Of a stretch of 56,527 bases of DNA, positions 19,019-29,245 are shown in pieces. Source of the DNA: Reclinomonas americana ATCC 50394 (taxonomy: Eukaryota); contig AFZH01020179.1 in assembly GCA_048213135.1 (NCBI GenBank), positions 1 through 56,527 of the forward strand, given 5' to 3'. The stretch's first letter is position 1; the number at the start of each line of letters is the position of its first letter. The notes below the pieces were generated by a model that saw only the letters and a program-made list of their open reading frames with translations, searched no databases and was not told the origin of the DNA. The translations under genes and the position numbers were made by a program.

Positions 19019-20455
19019 TCAGGGGGCCGCGCCGAGGAGCGTCGCGAGAGGCGGGTCTGCCGATCCACAGGCTTCGACCAGAACATCCTCGAGGATGCTC
19101 ATGAAGCGGTCCACGGTCTCCGGGCGGAAGAGACGCGTGTTGAACTTCACGTAGCCTGCCAAGGGATCGAGATCGCAGACGATCACTGTGATGTCCTGAC
19201 CACCGCCACCGAAGTGGATTTCGTCGATCCTCGTCGTCAGATCACGTAGTTCCAGTGCGCGCTTGGGATAGTTCTGGACGACTAGACCCACCTTCAAGAG
19301 TTCCCCTGTGCTCAGCCCCAGGCGCTCGCTCGCCGCATCGAGTTGAAGGGGCGCAGGGTAGAGCGCGGTCGTTCGTATGGCTTCGCGGAGCTGTGTGCGC
19401 ACGTTTTCCAAGTGTTGCGTGAAGCGGCCGTCCAGCATGTCGACGCGCAGCAGGATGAGCGCACGAAAGATTCCTACGGTATCCTGAAAGTCCGCCAGCC
19501 CACGATTGGCCATCACCGTGTAGAACTGGACGCTCGTGGTCCCGCTCAGGCGAGCGACCAGAATGCTGAATGCTGCAGTCAGAACGCTGTGCGCCGTCAC
19601 GCCCGATCGCCGGCAGTAGGTGTTGAGCATTTCGCTGGCCGCGACGCCGAACGCGAACTCCCGCCGGCCGGCGACCGCTTCGCCAGCAGTGTCTCGCACC
19701 CAATCGGTCGGAAGACGCGGCGCAGGATCCGGAGGAGACCGCAGATCGGCGATCCTCCGCAGGACTGCGGGAGGCGGTTGGTCTGCAACTCCTCTGCGCT
19801 CGCGTGCTGCGAACTCGTGGAATGGCCGAGGCGGATCAGACAACGCATCCCCATTGTAGACGGTTTGCAAGTCGCGGAAGACCAATCCGAGCGACCAACC
19901 ATCGAAGATGATGTGGTCGACCATGAACATGAGCCAATGTAGGTTTTCGCTTCCTCTGAAGAGGACGATCCGATGAAGCGGAGGCGTGCCGACGTCGAAC
20001 GGCGCTTCGGAACAAGCTCTTGCGGAAGCTCTCGCTTCCTCGAACTGATCGTCTTCATGAGAGGATCGAAGTGGCACGACCTCTAGATGGGCCTCGACGT
20101 GCTCGGCGATGACCACCGACGGCTCACCGCCATGAGCAGGGTAAAATGAGCGAAATACGGAATGGCGGTCGATGAGCGCCTGCAGCGCCTCTCGTAATCT
20201 CGCTTCGTCGAGGCGCCCTGAGATCCGAAGCAGCACATACTGACTACGCCCGGGATCGTGCGGAGCGGCGGCGGCATACCGCCAATGTGTCAGCTGCTCG
20301 AGCGAAAGCTGAGGATCTCTCGGGATGTCCGGCCTCTGGGCGCTCGCTCGAGCCAGGGCGAAGTCACCTTGCGTCCAACGACGGAGCAGCTCCGCTCTCA
20401 GATCGATCGCATCGGTCGACCGGGGGACGTCGTCGGAGCGCCGCAAGTCCGTCAT
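19019..20455 (-). CDS. Stand-alone NRPS condensation domain protein
   Basis: LSLEQ, RHSVFRS, PFD...PL.R, active-site DHIIFDGWS. ATG 20455 after GAAAGG. Confidence 0.85.
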   Translation of the reverse strand: MTDLRRSDDVPRSTDAIDLRAELLRRWTQGDFALARASAQRPDIPRDPQLSLEQLTHWRYAAAAPHDPGRSQYVLLRISGRLDEARLREALQALIDRHSVFRSFYPAHGGEPSVVIAEHVEAHLEVVPLRSSHEDDQFEEARASARACSEAPFDVGTPPLHRIVLFRGSENLHWLMFMVDHIIFDGWSLGLVFRDLQTVYNGDALSDPPRPFHEFAARERRGVADQPPPAVLRRIADLRSPPDPAPRLPTDWVRDTAGEAVAGRREFAFGVAASEMLNTYCRRSGVTAHSVLTAAFSILVARLSGTTSVQFYTVMANRGLADFQDTVGIFRALILLRVDMLDGRFTQHLENVRTQLREAIRTTALYPAPLQLDAASERLGLSTGELLKVGLVVQNYPKRALELRDLTTRIDEIHFGGGGQDITVIVCDLDPLAGYVKFNTRLFRPETVDRFMSILEDVLVEACGSADPPLATLLGAAP

Positions 20456-20752
20456 CAGAAGCACCTTTCTCTACATTGCTCAGGACGTTGCTGCCTGCTC
20501 GCCAAGGGGTCAACACACGACGCGATCGCAAATGACCATTTCACCACGCGCAGTTCCATTGCGCGGAGCGAGCCAGAACGATTCTGCGCCATCCAGTTTC
20601 CGCCAAATGCAGGATCGATCCCGGAGCCACACCATCGGCTTCCTCGCGAACTTTCGCGCCAAAATTCGTTTTTGCATTTGCTGTCCTTGACGGGTGGGCG
20701 GCCCTGGACATCCAATCGCCACCTCGACATTGATCTTGCGGAGCGTTCCCAA

Positions 20753-22030
20753 ATGCAGATCGGCATGTTCTTTGAGCTGCAGCTGCCGCGCCCATGGGCG
20801 GACGGCGATGAGCTTCGCTTGTTCCAGAACGCGCTCGAATGGGCGGAGATCGGAGATCGGATCGGGATCTCCCACGCATGGGCGCAGGAGCATCACTTTC
20901 TCGAAGAGTATTCACATTCGACCGCGCCGGAGGTCTTCCTGGCGGCGTTGAGCCAGCGCACCAAGCGGATGCGGATCGGGCACGGGATCACACTCATGCC
21001 TCCGGCCTACAATCATCCGGCGCGCGTCGCCGAACGCATCGCCACGCTGGACCTCGTGAGCGGCGGACGGGTCGAGTGGGGAACTGGCGAGTCGAGCTCA
21101 CGGATCGAGCTGGAGGGCTTCGGTGTCAACTACATCGACAAGCGTGCGATGTGGGCAGAGGGCGTCCGAGAGACCTCTCGGATGATGGCGAGTGAGCCTT
21201 ATCCCGGCCACGTCGGAAAGTTCTTCAGCATGCCGGCGCGCAACATCGTCCCGAAGCCGGTGCAGCGTCCTCATCCGCCCGCGTGGATCGCGTGCACAAA
21301 TCGCGACACCCTCAAGCTGGCGGCTCGGCTGGGTATGGGCGCTCTGACTTTCGCCTTCATGGACGCGACGGAAGCCAAGTTCTGGGTCGAAGAATACTAC
21401 GAGATCTTTCGGCGGGAATGCGAACCCATGACGATGGGGGTGAATCCCAACGTCGCGATGCTTGCCGGGGTGATGTGCGACCGTGACGGCGAGCGCGCCA
21501 GGTCGCGCGGGATCGAAGGGCAGCAGTTCTTCAAGTGGGCCCTCGCTCACTATTACCGAACGGGGGTGCACGTCCCGGGGCGAACCGATCTCTGGGAACT
21601 GTTCAAGTCCGTCACGCCGGAGCCGATGGCGGGTCTGGGCGGTGTCGGCACGCCGGAAGAGGTGACGGAACACTTCCGCGGCCTGGAAGAGGCCGGTGTC
21701 GATCAGGTGATCATGCTTCAGCAGGCCGGCCAATACCGTCACGAGGACATCTGCGCTTCGCTCGAATTGCTGGGCGAGGAGGTGCTTCCGCCGTTCATCG
21801 AGCGCCACGCCGTCCGCGCCCAAGAAAAGGCGCGCGAGCTTCGACCCTTTGTCGAACAGGCCCTGGCCCGCGTCGAACAGATCGCAGACGGAGCCGTAGC
21901 GCCGGTGGAGGCCTACCCGATACTCTGGGAAAAGAGCGGGGCCGGCGCCCAGCAGGTGGGGACGAAACGAGCTGTCGACGCAGGCGCGATGTGGCGGCTC
22001 CACGTCGCCGGCGCCAATGCGCGGAGTTGA
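20753..22030 (+). CDS. LLM-class flavin-dependent oxidoreductase
   Basis: QEHHFLEEYSHS, HPARVAERIATLDLVSGGR, PKPVQRPHPP.W motifs. True start is ATG 20753. Confidence 0.9.
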   Translation: MQIGMFFELQLPRPWADGDELRLFQNALEWAEIGDRIGISHAWAQEHHFLEEYSHSTAPEVFLAALSQRTKRMRIGHGITLMPPAYNHPARVAERIATLDLVSGGRVEWGTGESSSRIELEGFGVNYIDKRAMWAEGVRETSRMMASEPYPGHVGKFFSMPARNIVPKPVQRPHPPAWIACTNRDTLKLAARLGMGALTFAFMDATEAKFWVEEYYEIFRRECEPMTMGVNPNVAMLAGVMCDRDGERARSRGIEGQQFFKWALAHYYRTGVHVPGRTDLWELFKSVTPEPMAGLGGVGTPEEVTEHFRGLEEAGVDQVIMLQQAGQYRHEDICASLELLGEEVLPPFIERHAVRAQEKARELRPFVEQALARVEQIADGAVAPVEAYPILWEKSGAGAQQVGTKRAVDAGAMWRLHVAGANARS

Positions 22031-22035
22031 GGGAG

Positions 22036-23790
22036 ATGTGGTCGCACCCGCCGACGACACTGCCTGACCTCGTCGATCACTTCGCAGCGGAGCAACCGGA
22101 CGCCTTGGCCTACGCCTACCTCTCGGATGGAGAGACGATCGGCGACACCATGACGTACGGCGAACTGCGCCGGTCTGCGGCTCAGATCGCCGCGCGTCTT
22201 CGCACTCTCGTTGCTCCCGGCTCTCGGATGGTGCTGGTCCACCGACCTGGTCTCGACTTCCTCAGGGCGTTCTTCGGGGCTTGCTTCGCAGGCATCGTCG
22301 CCGTCCCGGTCTATCCGCCGGAGCGCAGCCGCTGGTCTGCAGACCTCGCGAGGATCGCGAGCATCGCCAGTGACTGTGATGCCGCGCTGATACATTGCGA
22401 CGAAGAACTGCTCGAACTCATGTCCGAGATCGCGCTCGCCCAACCTGAGCTGGCGGCCCGCCAATGGACGTCGCTGGGCGACTGGGAGGATTTCTCGCCT
22501 TCGGAGACTTGGCGTCAGGTACGCAGCGAGCAGCTGGCCATGCTCCAATACACCTCGGGCTCTGTCGCGGCCCCGAAGGGGGTAATGCTCTCCCACGCGA
22601 ACCTACTCGCCAACCAGGCCTCCATCCGCGAGAGCATGGCCATCCCGGATCGACCGATCTTCGTCAGTTGGCTCCCTCTGTACCACGACATGGGCCTCAT
22701 CGGCGAAGTCATGCAGCCCCTCTACATGGGCGGGTGCTGCTATCTGATGTCGCCTCAGCACTTCGTGCAGAAACCGAGCCGATGGCTGCGGGCGGTGCAT
22801 CGGTTCCGCGCGCAGGTGAGCGGCGGACCGAACTTTGCGTTCGAGCTCTGTCTGAGCCGTATCACCGACCAAGCGAGGGCCGACCTCGACCTGTCGTGCT
22901 GGAAGGTCGCTTTCTGCGGCGCCGAGCCGATCCGCGCCGATGTCATGCGGCGTTTCACGGAGGCCTTCGAACCACTCGGCCTCGATCCTGGTGCGATCTA
23001 CCCCTGCTATGGCCTGGCCGAGTCATCCTTGCTCGTGACTGGAGCCACGCCGGCCGCAGGCGCTCATTACCGGACGGTCGAAGCCGCGGCGCTCGGTGAA
23101 GGCCGTGCCGTTCCCCGTAGCGAGGGCGACCTGATCGAGCTCGTGTCGTCGGGGCGTCCGCCCTCGAACCAACGTGTCGAGATTGTCGACATTTCGACGG
23201 GCCGCCCTGTCGAAGACGGTGTGCAGGGTGAGATCTGGGTGAACGGTGACAGCGTCGCGAAAGGCTATTGGGGCAACACGCGAGGCACCACCGAGTGTTT
23301 TCCGGCCCGGGAAGACGGAACGCGATGGCTTCGGACGGGCGACGTCGGTTTCAGGATCGACGGGGAGCTGTTCATCATCGGACGCGCCAAGGAGGCGATC
23401 ATCGTCCGTGGGCGGAACATCATTCCCCAGGACGTGGAAGCCTTGGTCCAAGGGGTCTCGCCGCTCTTTCGCATCGCTGGGGGAGCCGCGTTTGCAGTGC
23501 AGCGGGAGGGCCAGGAGCGTCTCGTCGTCGTTCAAGAGGTGGCTCGGGTACGCCGGCAGGGGCTCGCAGAGCTCGCGGCGGAGGCGGCACAACGGGTGCT
23601 CGGCGACCTGCAAGTCGCAATCCACGAGCTCGTACTCGTCGAACCTAAGGGTGTCCCAAAGACCCGAAACGGCAAGATCGGCCGCGTCGCCTGCCGCGCC
23701 GCGTATCTGTCCGATGATCTCCCGATCGTCGGGGTCTTCTCGAACGGCGCATTCCACGTGCGTCAGGAGCTCGTCGATGCAACGCGGTGA
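22036..23790 (+). CDS. Fatty acyl-AMP ligase (FAAL)
   Basis: LQYTSGS...PKGV, SWLPLYHDMGLIG, PCYGLAE, LRTGD motifs. ATG after GAGGGAG. Confidence 0.9.
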   Translation: MWSHPPTTLPDLVDHFAAEQPDALAYAYLSDGETIGDTMTYGELRRSAAQIAARLRTLVAPGSRMVLVHRPGLDFLRAFFGACFAGIVAVPVYPPERSRWSADLARIASIASDCDAALIHCDEELLELMSEIALAQPELAARQWTSLGDWEDFSPSETWRQVRSEQLAMLQYTSGSVAAPKGVMLSHANLLANQASIRESMAIPDRPIFVSWLPLYHDMGLIGEVMQPLYMGGCCYLMSPQHFVQKPSRWLRAVHRFRAQVSGGPNFAFELCLSRITDQARADLDLSCWKVAFCGAEPIRADVMRRFTEAFEPLGLDPGAIYPCYGLAESSLLVTGATPAAGAHYRTVEAAALGEGRAVPRSEGDLIELVSSGRPPSNQRVEIVDISTGRPVEDGVQGEIWVNGDSVAKGYWGNTRGTTECFPAREDGTRWLRTGDVGFRIDGELFIIGRAKEAIIVRGRNIIPQDVEALVQGVSPLFRIAGGAAFAVQREGQERLVVVQEVARVRRQGLAELAAEAAQRVLGDLQVAIHELVLVEPKGVPKTRNGKIGRVACRAAYLSDDLPIVGVFSNGAFHVRQELVDATR

Positions 23791-26700
23791 ACTGGAAGAA
23801 TGGCTGGTCGCCAGGCTCGCCACCAAGACTGGGCTCACGCCTGCTTCGATCGCATTGGACGAGCCGCTCAGCTCGTTCGGTCTGGACTCCGAAGCCATCC
23901 TGGCGATGACGGGCGAGATCTCGGAGAGGCTAGAACGAGACGTCGATCCCACGATCTTCTTCAGCTACCCGACGGTCTCCTCGGTGAGCGCCTACCTCTG
24001 CTCGAGCCTGATCGGGTCGCACCGACGAACTTCGGAGCGTCGCACCGATCAGGTCGGAGACCCTGTCGCCATCGTGGGACTTGCCTGCCGATTTCCGGGC
24101 GCGCCGGACAAGACTGCGTTTTGGGATCTGCTGAACGAAGGTCGTTCGGCGATCGAAGATCGTGGTGCAGACCGCTGGGCCTCGTCGGGCGCCTCCAGCG
24201 AGGAGCTCCGCAAGATCGCCCGGGCCGGCTTCTTGGATGGTGTGGATCTCTTCGCCGCCGAATTCTTCGGAATTCGTTCCGAAGAGGCCCGTCGCATGGA
24301 CCCGCAACAGCGGCTTCTCCTCGAAGTCGCCTGGGAGGCGCTGCAAGACGCCGGGATTCCGACGACACGCATCAAGGGTTCGTCCTGTGGAGTCTATGTC
24401 GGCATCTCCACCAATGAATACGGGAAGCGGCAGACTGAAGGTCTCGACGCGGTGGGCGCGATGACGGGGACCGGCGCGGCGCTTTCGATCGCCGCCAATC
24501 GGCTTTCCTACATGTTCGATCTGCGGGGAGAGAGCGTCGCCGTGGACACGGCGTGTTCCTCGTCCTTGGTGGCGCTCGGAATGGCGGTGCGCGCGCTTCG
24601 CCGAGGAGACTCGGAAACGGCTCTCGTCGGCGGCGTGAACCTTCTCATCGACCCGGAAATCAGCTGGGGCATGGCCCAGGCGGGCATGCTCTCGCCGAAC
24701 GCGCGATGCAGGACCTTCGACGAGCAGGCGGACGGGTACGTTCGCGGCGAGGGGTGCGGCGTGGTGGTGCTCAAGTCGCTCGCAGCGGCGCTTCGGGACG
24801 GAAACCAGATCTATGCCCTCGTGAGAGGCGTCGCCGTCAACCAGGACGGCCGTTCCAACGGGCTCACGGCGCCGAACGCCCTCGCCCAACAAGACGTCGT
24901 CCGGAAGGCTCTGGAAGACGCGGGTGTAGCGGCGGCCGACGTGGCCTACGTCGAAGCGCATGGCACCGGAACCCCGCTCGGCGATCCCATCGAAGCCAAT
25001 GCGCTCGGCGTCGTTCTGGCCGATGCCGCTGCGCCGGTCGGTGTGGGCTCGGTGAAGACGAACATCGGCCATTTGGAAGCTGCCGCCGGCATTGCGAGCG
25101 TCATAAAGACAGCCCTGTCGATCCGACATGGTTCGGTGCCTCCCACTCTCAACGTCGAGACCCTGAACCCCAAGATCACGGCCCCGAACCTGCGTGTCGC
25201 CACTCAGGGATGGCGGTTGCCCGCGACGGGAGAGGCGAGGATATGCGGCGTGAGCAGCTTCGGCTTCGGCGGCACCAACGCGCACGCGGTGCTCAGCGGC
25301 GCACCTTCGCTGGGCGCGAGGACGGGTGCGCCGGCGCTCGAGGGCTCGGTTCTGGTACCTTTGTCGGCTGGGAGTGAAGCTGAGCTCCGAGCCTTCGCCC
25401 AGCATCTCGCGACGGTCGTGGAAACGACGGGCGCACCTCCGTCCGCCGTAGCTCAGATCCTAGGAAACAAGCGCGACCTGCTCTCGGCGAGAACGGGCAT
25501 CGTGGCATCTGACGGCGCCGATCTCGCCCGCCAGCTTCGCTCCACTTCAGCGCGCGCAGTGATAGCCAAGTCCGCCCGTGCTCCGCGTATCGCGTTCGTC
25601 TTCGCCGGCCAGGGTAGTCAGACGCCGCAGATGGCCCGCGAGCTGTGGCGCGCAGAGCCCCTTGCAGCCTCGATCATGCGCCGGTGCGACGAGGTCGTGC
25701 GCGACGTGGCCGGTTGGTCGCTGCGAGACGCCTTGATGGGAGAACCCGATCGGTTCGCCGACACCGCCGTCCTCCAGCCTTGCCTGGTGGCTTACGGTAT
25801 CGCGCTCTTCGAACTCTATCGCAGCCGCGGACTCGAACCGACCCGGGTGCTCGGTCACAGCGTCGGCGAAATCACGGCGGCATACGCCGCTGGCGCGATT
25901 ACTCTCGAGGACGCGATGCTCATCGCCTGTCGTCGCGGCTCCGCGATGGCGAGCACTGCCGGGCAAGGCGCGATGCTGGCGGTCCAAGCGACGGCGGAGG
26001 AAGCCGCGCGGTTCGTCGAAGAGGGCGTGATCGGCTTGGCTGCAACGAATGCACCGACCGAAATCGTCCTGAGCGGCGCCCGGGGGCCCCTTGAACGCGT
26101 GCAGGCGGCCTCGAGAGCCGAAGGGCGTCACGTCGCCTGGGTGAACGAGACCTACGCGTTTCACAGTCACCAGATGTCGGACGCGGCGCTCGCGGTGGAA
26201 GCGGCCCTCGCGGGTTTGGATCCGCTGGACGGAAGCGTCGGCTTCATCTCGAGCGTCGTGGGCGACCTTCTTCCCGGCTCCGCTCTCACGCCGCAGTACT
26301 GGCGTCGCAACGTAGTCGAGACCGTGCGTTTCGCCGAAGCCGTCGACAAGCTCTCCGCGGTCGACCTGGTGATCGAGATCGGGGCTCGCCCGGTGTTGCA
26401 GCGTTCCATGCGTGACGTGCTGCCGGGCGAAGTCTCGGTGATCTCGAGCAGTCGGCCTGGCTCGAACGAGCATCGGGCATGGCTCTCGAGCCTCGCGGAG
26501 GCCTTCGAACGCGGCTGCGCTTTGAAATACGGCACAGGCGAACCGCGCCTCGATCCGGGTGAGATGCCTGTTCCGCGGCTGCCTCAGGAACGCTATTGGC
26601 TCGAACGGAGAACCGCGAGCCAGGGAGCGGGTCGAGGCCTCCTCGGCCGCCGTCTCCGGCTCGCACCCGTGGCAGGCGTCCACGTGTGGGAGGCGGAGCT

Positions 26701-29245
26701 CGGCCTGGACACCCATCCGTTTCTCGCAGGCCACGTCGTGGATGGCGCAATTGTGCTCCCGGCGGCCGCGCAAGTCGCCATGCTCGCGCGAGCTGCTAGC
26801 GAGATCGGTCTGGGAGAGCGAGTCGATCTCAAAGACGTCGTCTTTCGCCGACCCATCGTCCTGAGCGAGCGCGCGTCGACACTGCAGGTGGTGGCAAGTG
26901 TTCAAGCGCGCGCCGTTTCGCTCGAGATCGCCGCTTTCGACGCCGCCTCGGGCGACTTCGTGACTTGCTGCACATGCGAGGCCGCGACGGCTGACGAGAC
27001 CGCCCTCTTCGAAGGCGCGCCACCCAAGGATCTCGTCCGAACGGAGCCCGTAGTCGCGCTCTACGACGAGCTTGAACGGCGAGGTCTCGAATATGGTCCT
27101 TCGTTCCAGACCGTGACCGACCTGCGCGAAAGTGGTGCGACCACCTACGGAGCCTTACGCGCTGCGGCCGCGACCCCGACCGATGACGAGAGCAGGTTGA
27201 CGGTCATGCTCGACGGCGCCTTCCACCTGCTCGGCGCTGCGGATGGCGCCGACCGGGAGACCGGACTGCTGATCCCCGCTGCGATCAGGCGCCTGCGGAT
27301 CCACTCCGCCTGTCCGACGCAGGGTTGCAGCTGGGCTCGGCTCCGTGATCGAGCCGCTCGCCTGAGAAAGGCCGACGTGGTCCTGCATGGCGATCGAGGC
27401 CCGGTGATCGAACTGGAAGGGCTTGCTCTCGCAGTGTCCAAGGTCGGACCTCGGCGAGCGCAGCCTCTGGATCTCAAGGCCTATGAATCCGTCTGGCGTG
27501 CCGCTCCCCTCGACCACCTGATCGAATCCGGCGATCTGGTGCTCGTCGGCTCATCGGCCTTCGCAACGGAACTGGCGGCAGCGGCGCGCGCCTCGGGCGT
27601 CGAGGTCGCCTCGATAGCGCTTCGCACGGAAGCCGGCGACGGGCTCGATCCGGCCTGCCCGATCGATTGGAGAGGCCATCTCAGACGCGCGGCGTCAGTG
27701 ACGCCCGATGCCCGCGCGCTCGTCGTACTTCTCGACGATCTGTACGACGAGCTGACGACGCGGTGGGCGCAGTCCGCGCGGATCGCCGACGTCGTGCGCG
27801 CGGCGCTCCAAGCCGCGCCCTACGCTCCGTTCCAGTCGACACCGCGCCTCTGTTTCGTCAGCCGAGGTGCGGTCCGCGCCCTGCCTGACGACCTGGTGAC
27901 GAGCCCTATCGCAGCGATAGCGCATGGGCTTGCGCGCACGGCCCATTTCGAAGCGCCGAGCCTGAACTGCCTATGCGTGGATCTCGACGCCTTCGCGACT
28001 TCGGAGCGACAAGTCTCTCAACTACTGGCGGAGCTCGCCGGCGGTTCGACCGAGAGCGAAGTGGCGCACCGAGGCAGCGCCCGCATGGTCCGGCGCGTCC
28101 ATCCTCTCGACCTGCGCTCAGCCGATGTGACTGCCGCTTCGGTAACCGGTGAAGGGGCATACCTCGTCACCGGCGGCGCGGGCGCTCTAGGAGCTCTCGC
28201 CATCTCTTGGCTCTGCGAACAAGGCGCGGGGCGCGTGATTTCAGTCGGCCGCTCCGAGCCGTCGGAAGCCTGGAAAGCGATGCTCGAACCCCACCAGGCG
28301 AAGATCACTCACCTCTGCGCGGACATCGGCGACCGCGAGGCGCTACGCTGCATCGTCGGCGACTTGCCCGACGGCATGGCGCTCAAGGGCATAGTACATG
28401 CTGCAGGTGTGATCGAAGACGGTCCACTGATGTCGCTCTCGTCGGAGAGTCTGCAGCGAGTGCTTCGGCCGAAGGTGGATGGTGTCGAGGCGTTGTGGGA
28501 GACCCTTGCAGACGGAGATCTCGACTGGATCGTCCTCTATTCGAGTGCAGCATCGGTGCTGGGTTCGCCGGGACAAGCAAACTATGTGGCCGCCAACGCC
28601 TATCTGGATGCCTTCGTCGACTTCGCGCATGGCTCGAAGACCCGCGTGATCGGTTGCAACTGGGGGCCTTGGGCGGATCTCGGAATGGCGCAGGCCATCG
28701 ACGGCTCGAGCGCCCTCTCGGGAATCTCTCTGATTCCGCCTGAGCACGGGATGCATGCGCTATCTCGGATGCTGGAATCGACCGCGGACCATGCGATCCT
28801 TCTCCCGTTCGACTTGGAGAGCCTGGTCCAATACTACCCCGAAGGTCCCGGATTTGCGCTGTTCGAGGATCTTCTCGCGGGTCCGGGGCTGAACCTCCGG
28901 AGTGCGGGAGATCGTCTGACAGTGTCTCGGCGGCCGGATCTCGACACGCAGTTCGTCGAGCCTTCGACGCCGGTGGAACGCCTCATTGCGGGGATGTGGA
29001 GCCGCGCGCTCGGGATCGACCGGATCGGTCTGCACGACAACTTCTTCGCGCTCGGCGGGGACTCGGTCTTGGGGAATCAGATCTTCATCGAGATCAGCAC
29101 CGCGCTGGGCGTCACCATCTCGCCGGAAGAAGCCTTCGAGAACCTCACGGTCCATGAACTGGTGTCGCTTGCCGAGCGTCGCGCCGCGGAAATGCTCGAC
29201 GAAATGGACGATGAGACCCTTCGTGAACTCGCCGGGGCACAGTGA
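23777..29245 (+). CDS. Single-module type I PKS: ACP-KS-AT-DH-KR-ACP, no TE
   Basis: GLDS (ACP); DTACSSS/HGTGT/NIGHLE (KS); GHSVG/YAFHS (AT); HPFLAGHVVDG..VLP (DH); TGGAGALG/HAAGVIED/YVAAN (KR); FFALGGDS (ACP). Confidence 0.93.
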   Translation: MQRGELEEWLVARLATKTGLTPASIALDEPLSSFGLDSEAILAMTGEISERLERDVDPTIFFSYPTVSSVSAYLCSSLIGSHRRTSERRTDQVGDPVAIVGLACRFPGAPDKTAFWDLLNEGRSAIEDRGADRWASSGASSEELRKIARAGFLDGVDLFAAEFFGIRSEEARRMDPQQRLLLEVAWEALQDAGIPTTRIKGSSCGVYVGISTNEYGKRQTEGLDAVGAMTGTGAALSIAANRLSYMFDLRGESVAVDTACSSSLVALGMAVRALRRGDSETALVGGVNLLIDPEISWGMAQAGMLSPNARCRTFDEQADGYVRGEGCGVVVLKSLAAALRDGNQIYALVRGVAVNQDGRSNGLTAPNALAQQDVVRKALEDAGVAAADVAYVEAHGTGTPLGDPIEANALGVVLADAAAPVGVGSVKTNIGHLEAAAGIASVIKTALSIRHGSVPPTLNVETLNPKITAPNLRVATQGWRLPATGEARICGVSSFGFGGTNAHAVLSGAPSLGARTGAPALEGSVLVPLSAGSEAELRAFAQHLATVVETTGAPPSAVAQILGNKRDLLSARTGIVASDGADLARQLRSTSARAVIAKSARAPRIAFVFAGQGSQTPQMARELWRAEPLAASIMRRCDEVVRDVAGWSLRDALMGEPDRFADTAVLQPCLVAYGIALFELYRSRGLEPTRVLGHSVGEITAAYAAGAITLEDAMLIACRRGSAMASTAGQGAMLAVQATAEEAARFVEEGVIGLAATNAPTEIVLSGARGPLERVQAASRAEGRHVAWVNETYAFHSHQMSDAALAVEAALAGLDPLDGSVGFISSVVGDLLPGSALTPQYWRRNVVETVRFAEAVDKLSAVDLVIEIGARPVLQRSMRDVLPGEVSVISSSRPGSNEHRAWLSSLAEAFERGCALKYGTGEPRLDPGEMPVPRLPQERYWLERRTASQGAGRGLLGRRLRLAPVAGVHVWEAELGLDTHPFLAGHVVDGAIVLPAAAQVAMLARAASEIGLGERVDLKDVVFRRPIVLSERASTLQVVASVQARAVSLEIAAFDAASGDFVTCCTCEAATADETALFEGAPPKDLVRTEPVVALYDELERRGLEYGPSFQTVTDLRESGATTYGALRAAAATPTDDESRLTVMLDGAFHLLGAADGADRETGLLIPAAIRRLRIHSACPTQGCSWARLRDRAARLRKADVVLHGDRGPVIELEGLALAVSKVGPRRAQPLDLKAYESVWRAAPLDHLIESGDLVLVGSSAFATELAAAARASGVEVASIALRTEAGDGLDPACPIDWRGHLRRAASVTPDARALVVLLDDLYDELTTRWAQSARIADVVRAALQAAPYAPFQSTPRLCFVSRGAVRALPDDLVTSPIAAIAHGLARTAHFEAPSLNCLCVDLDAFATSERQVSQLLAELAGGSTESEVAHRGSARMVRRVHPLDLRSADVTAASVTGEGAYLVTGGAGALGALAISWLCEQGAGRVISVGRSEPSEAWKAMLEPHQAKITHLCADIGDREALRCIVGDLPDGMALKGIVHAAGVIEDGPLMSLSSESLQRVLRPKVDGVEALWETLADGDLDWIVLYSSAASVLGSPGQANYVAANAYLDAFVDFAHGSKTRVIGCNWGPWADLGMAQAIDGSSALSGISLIPPEHGMHALSRMLESTADHAILLPFDLESLVQYYPEGPGFALFEDLLAGPGLNLRSAGDRLTVSRRPDLDTQFVEPSTPVERLIAGMWSRALGIDRIGLHDNFFALGGDSVLGNQIFIEISTALGVTISPEEAFENLTVHELVSLAERRAAEMLDEMDDETLRELAGAQ

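Noticed and set aside
20470-20480. TCTACATTGCT shared with 9006-9016 as a regulator box
   Set aside because: Only two 11-bp copies, one abutting the C-domain RBS, so chance cannot be excluded.
20258-23776. Long N-terminal extensions in the ORF track for LLM (20258), FAAL (21535) and PKS (23246), likewise TauD (7514)
   Set aside because: They overlap neighbouring genes. Downstream ATGs with an RBS or stop overlap fit the family N-termini.
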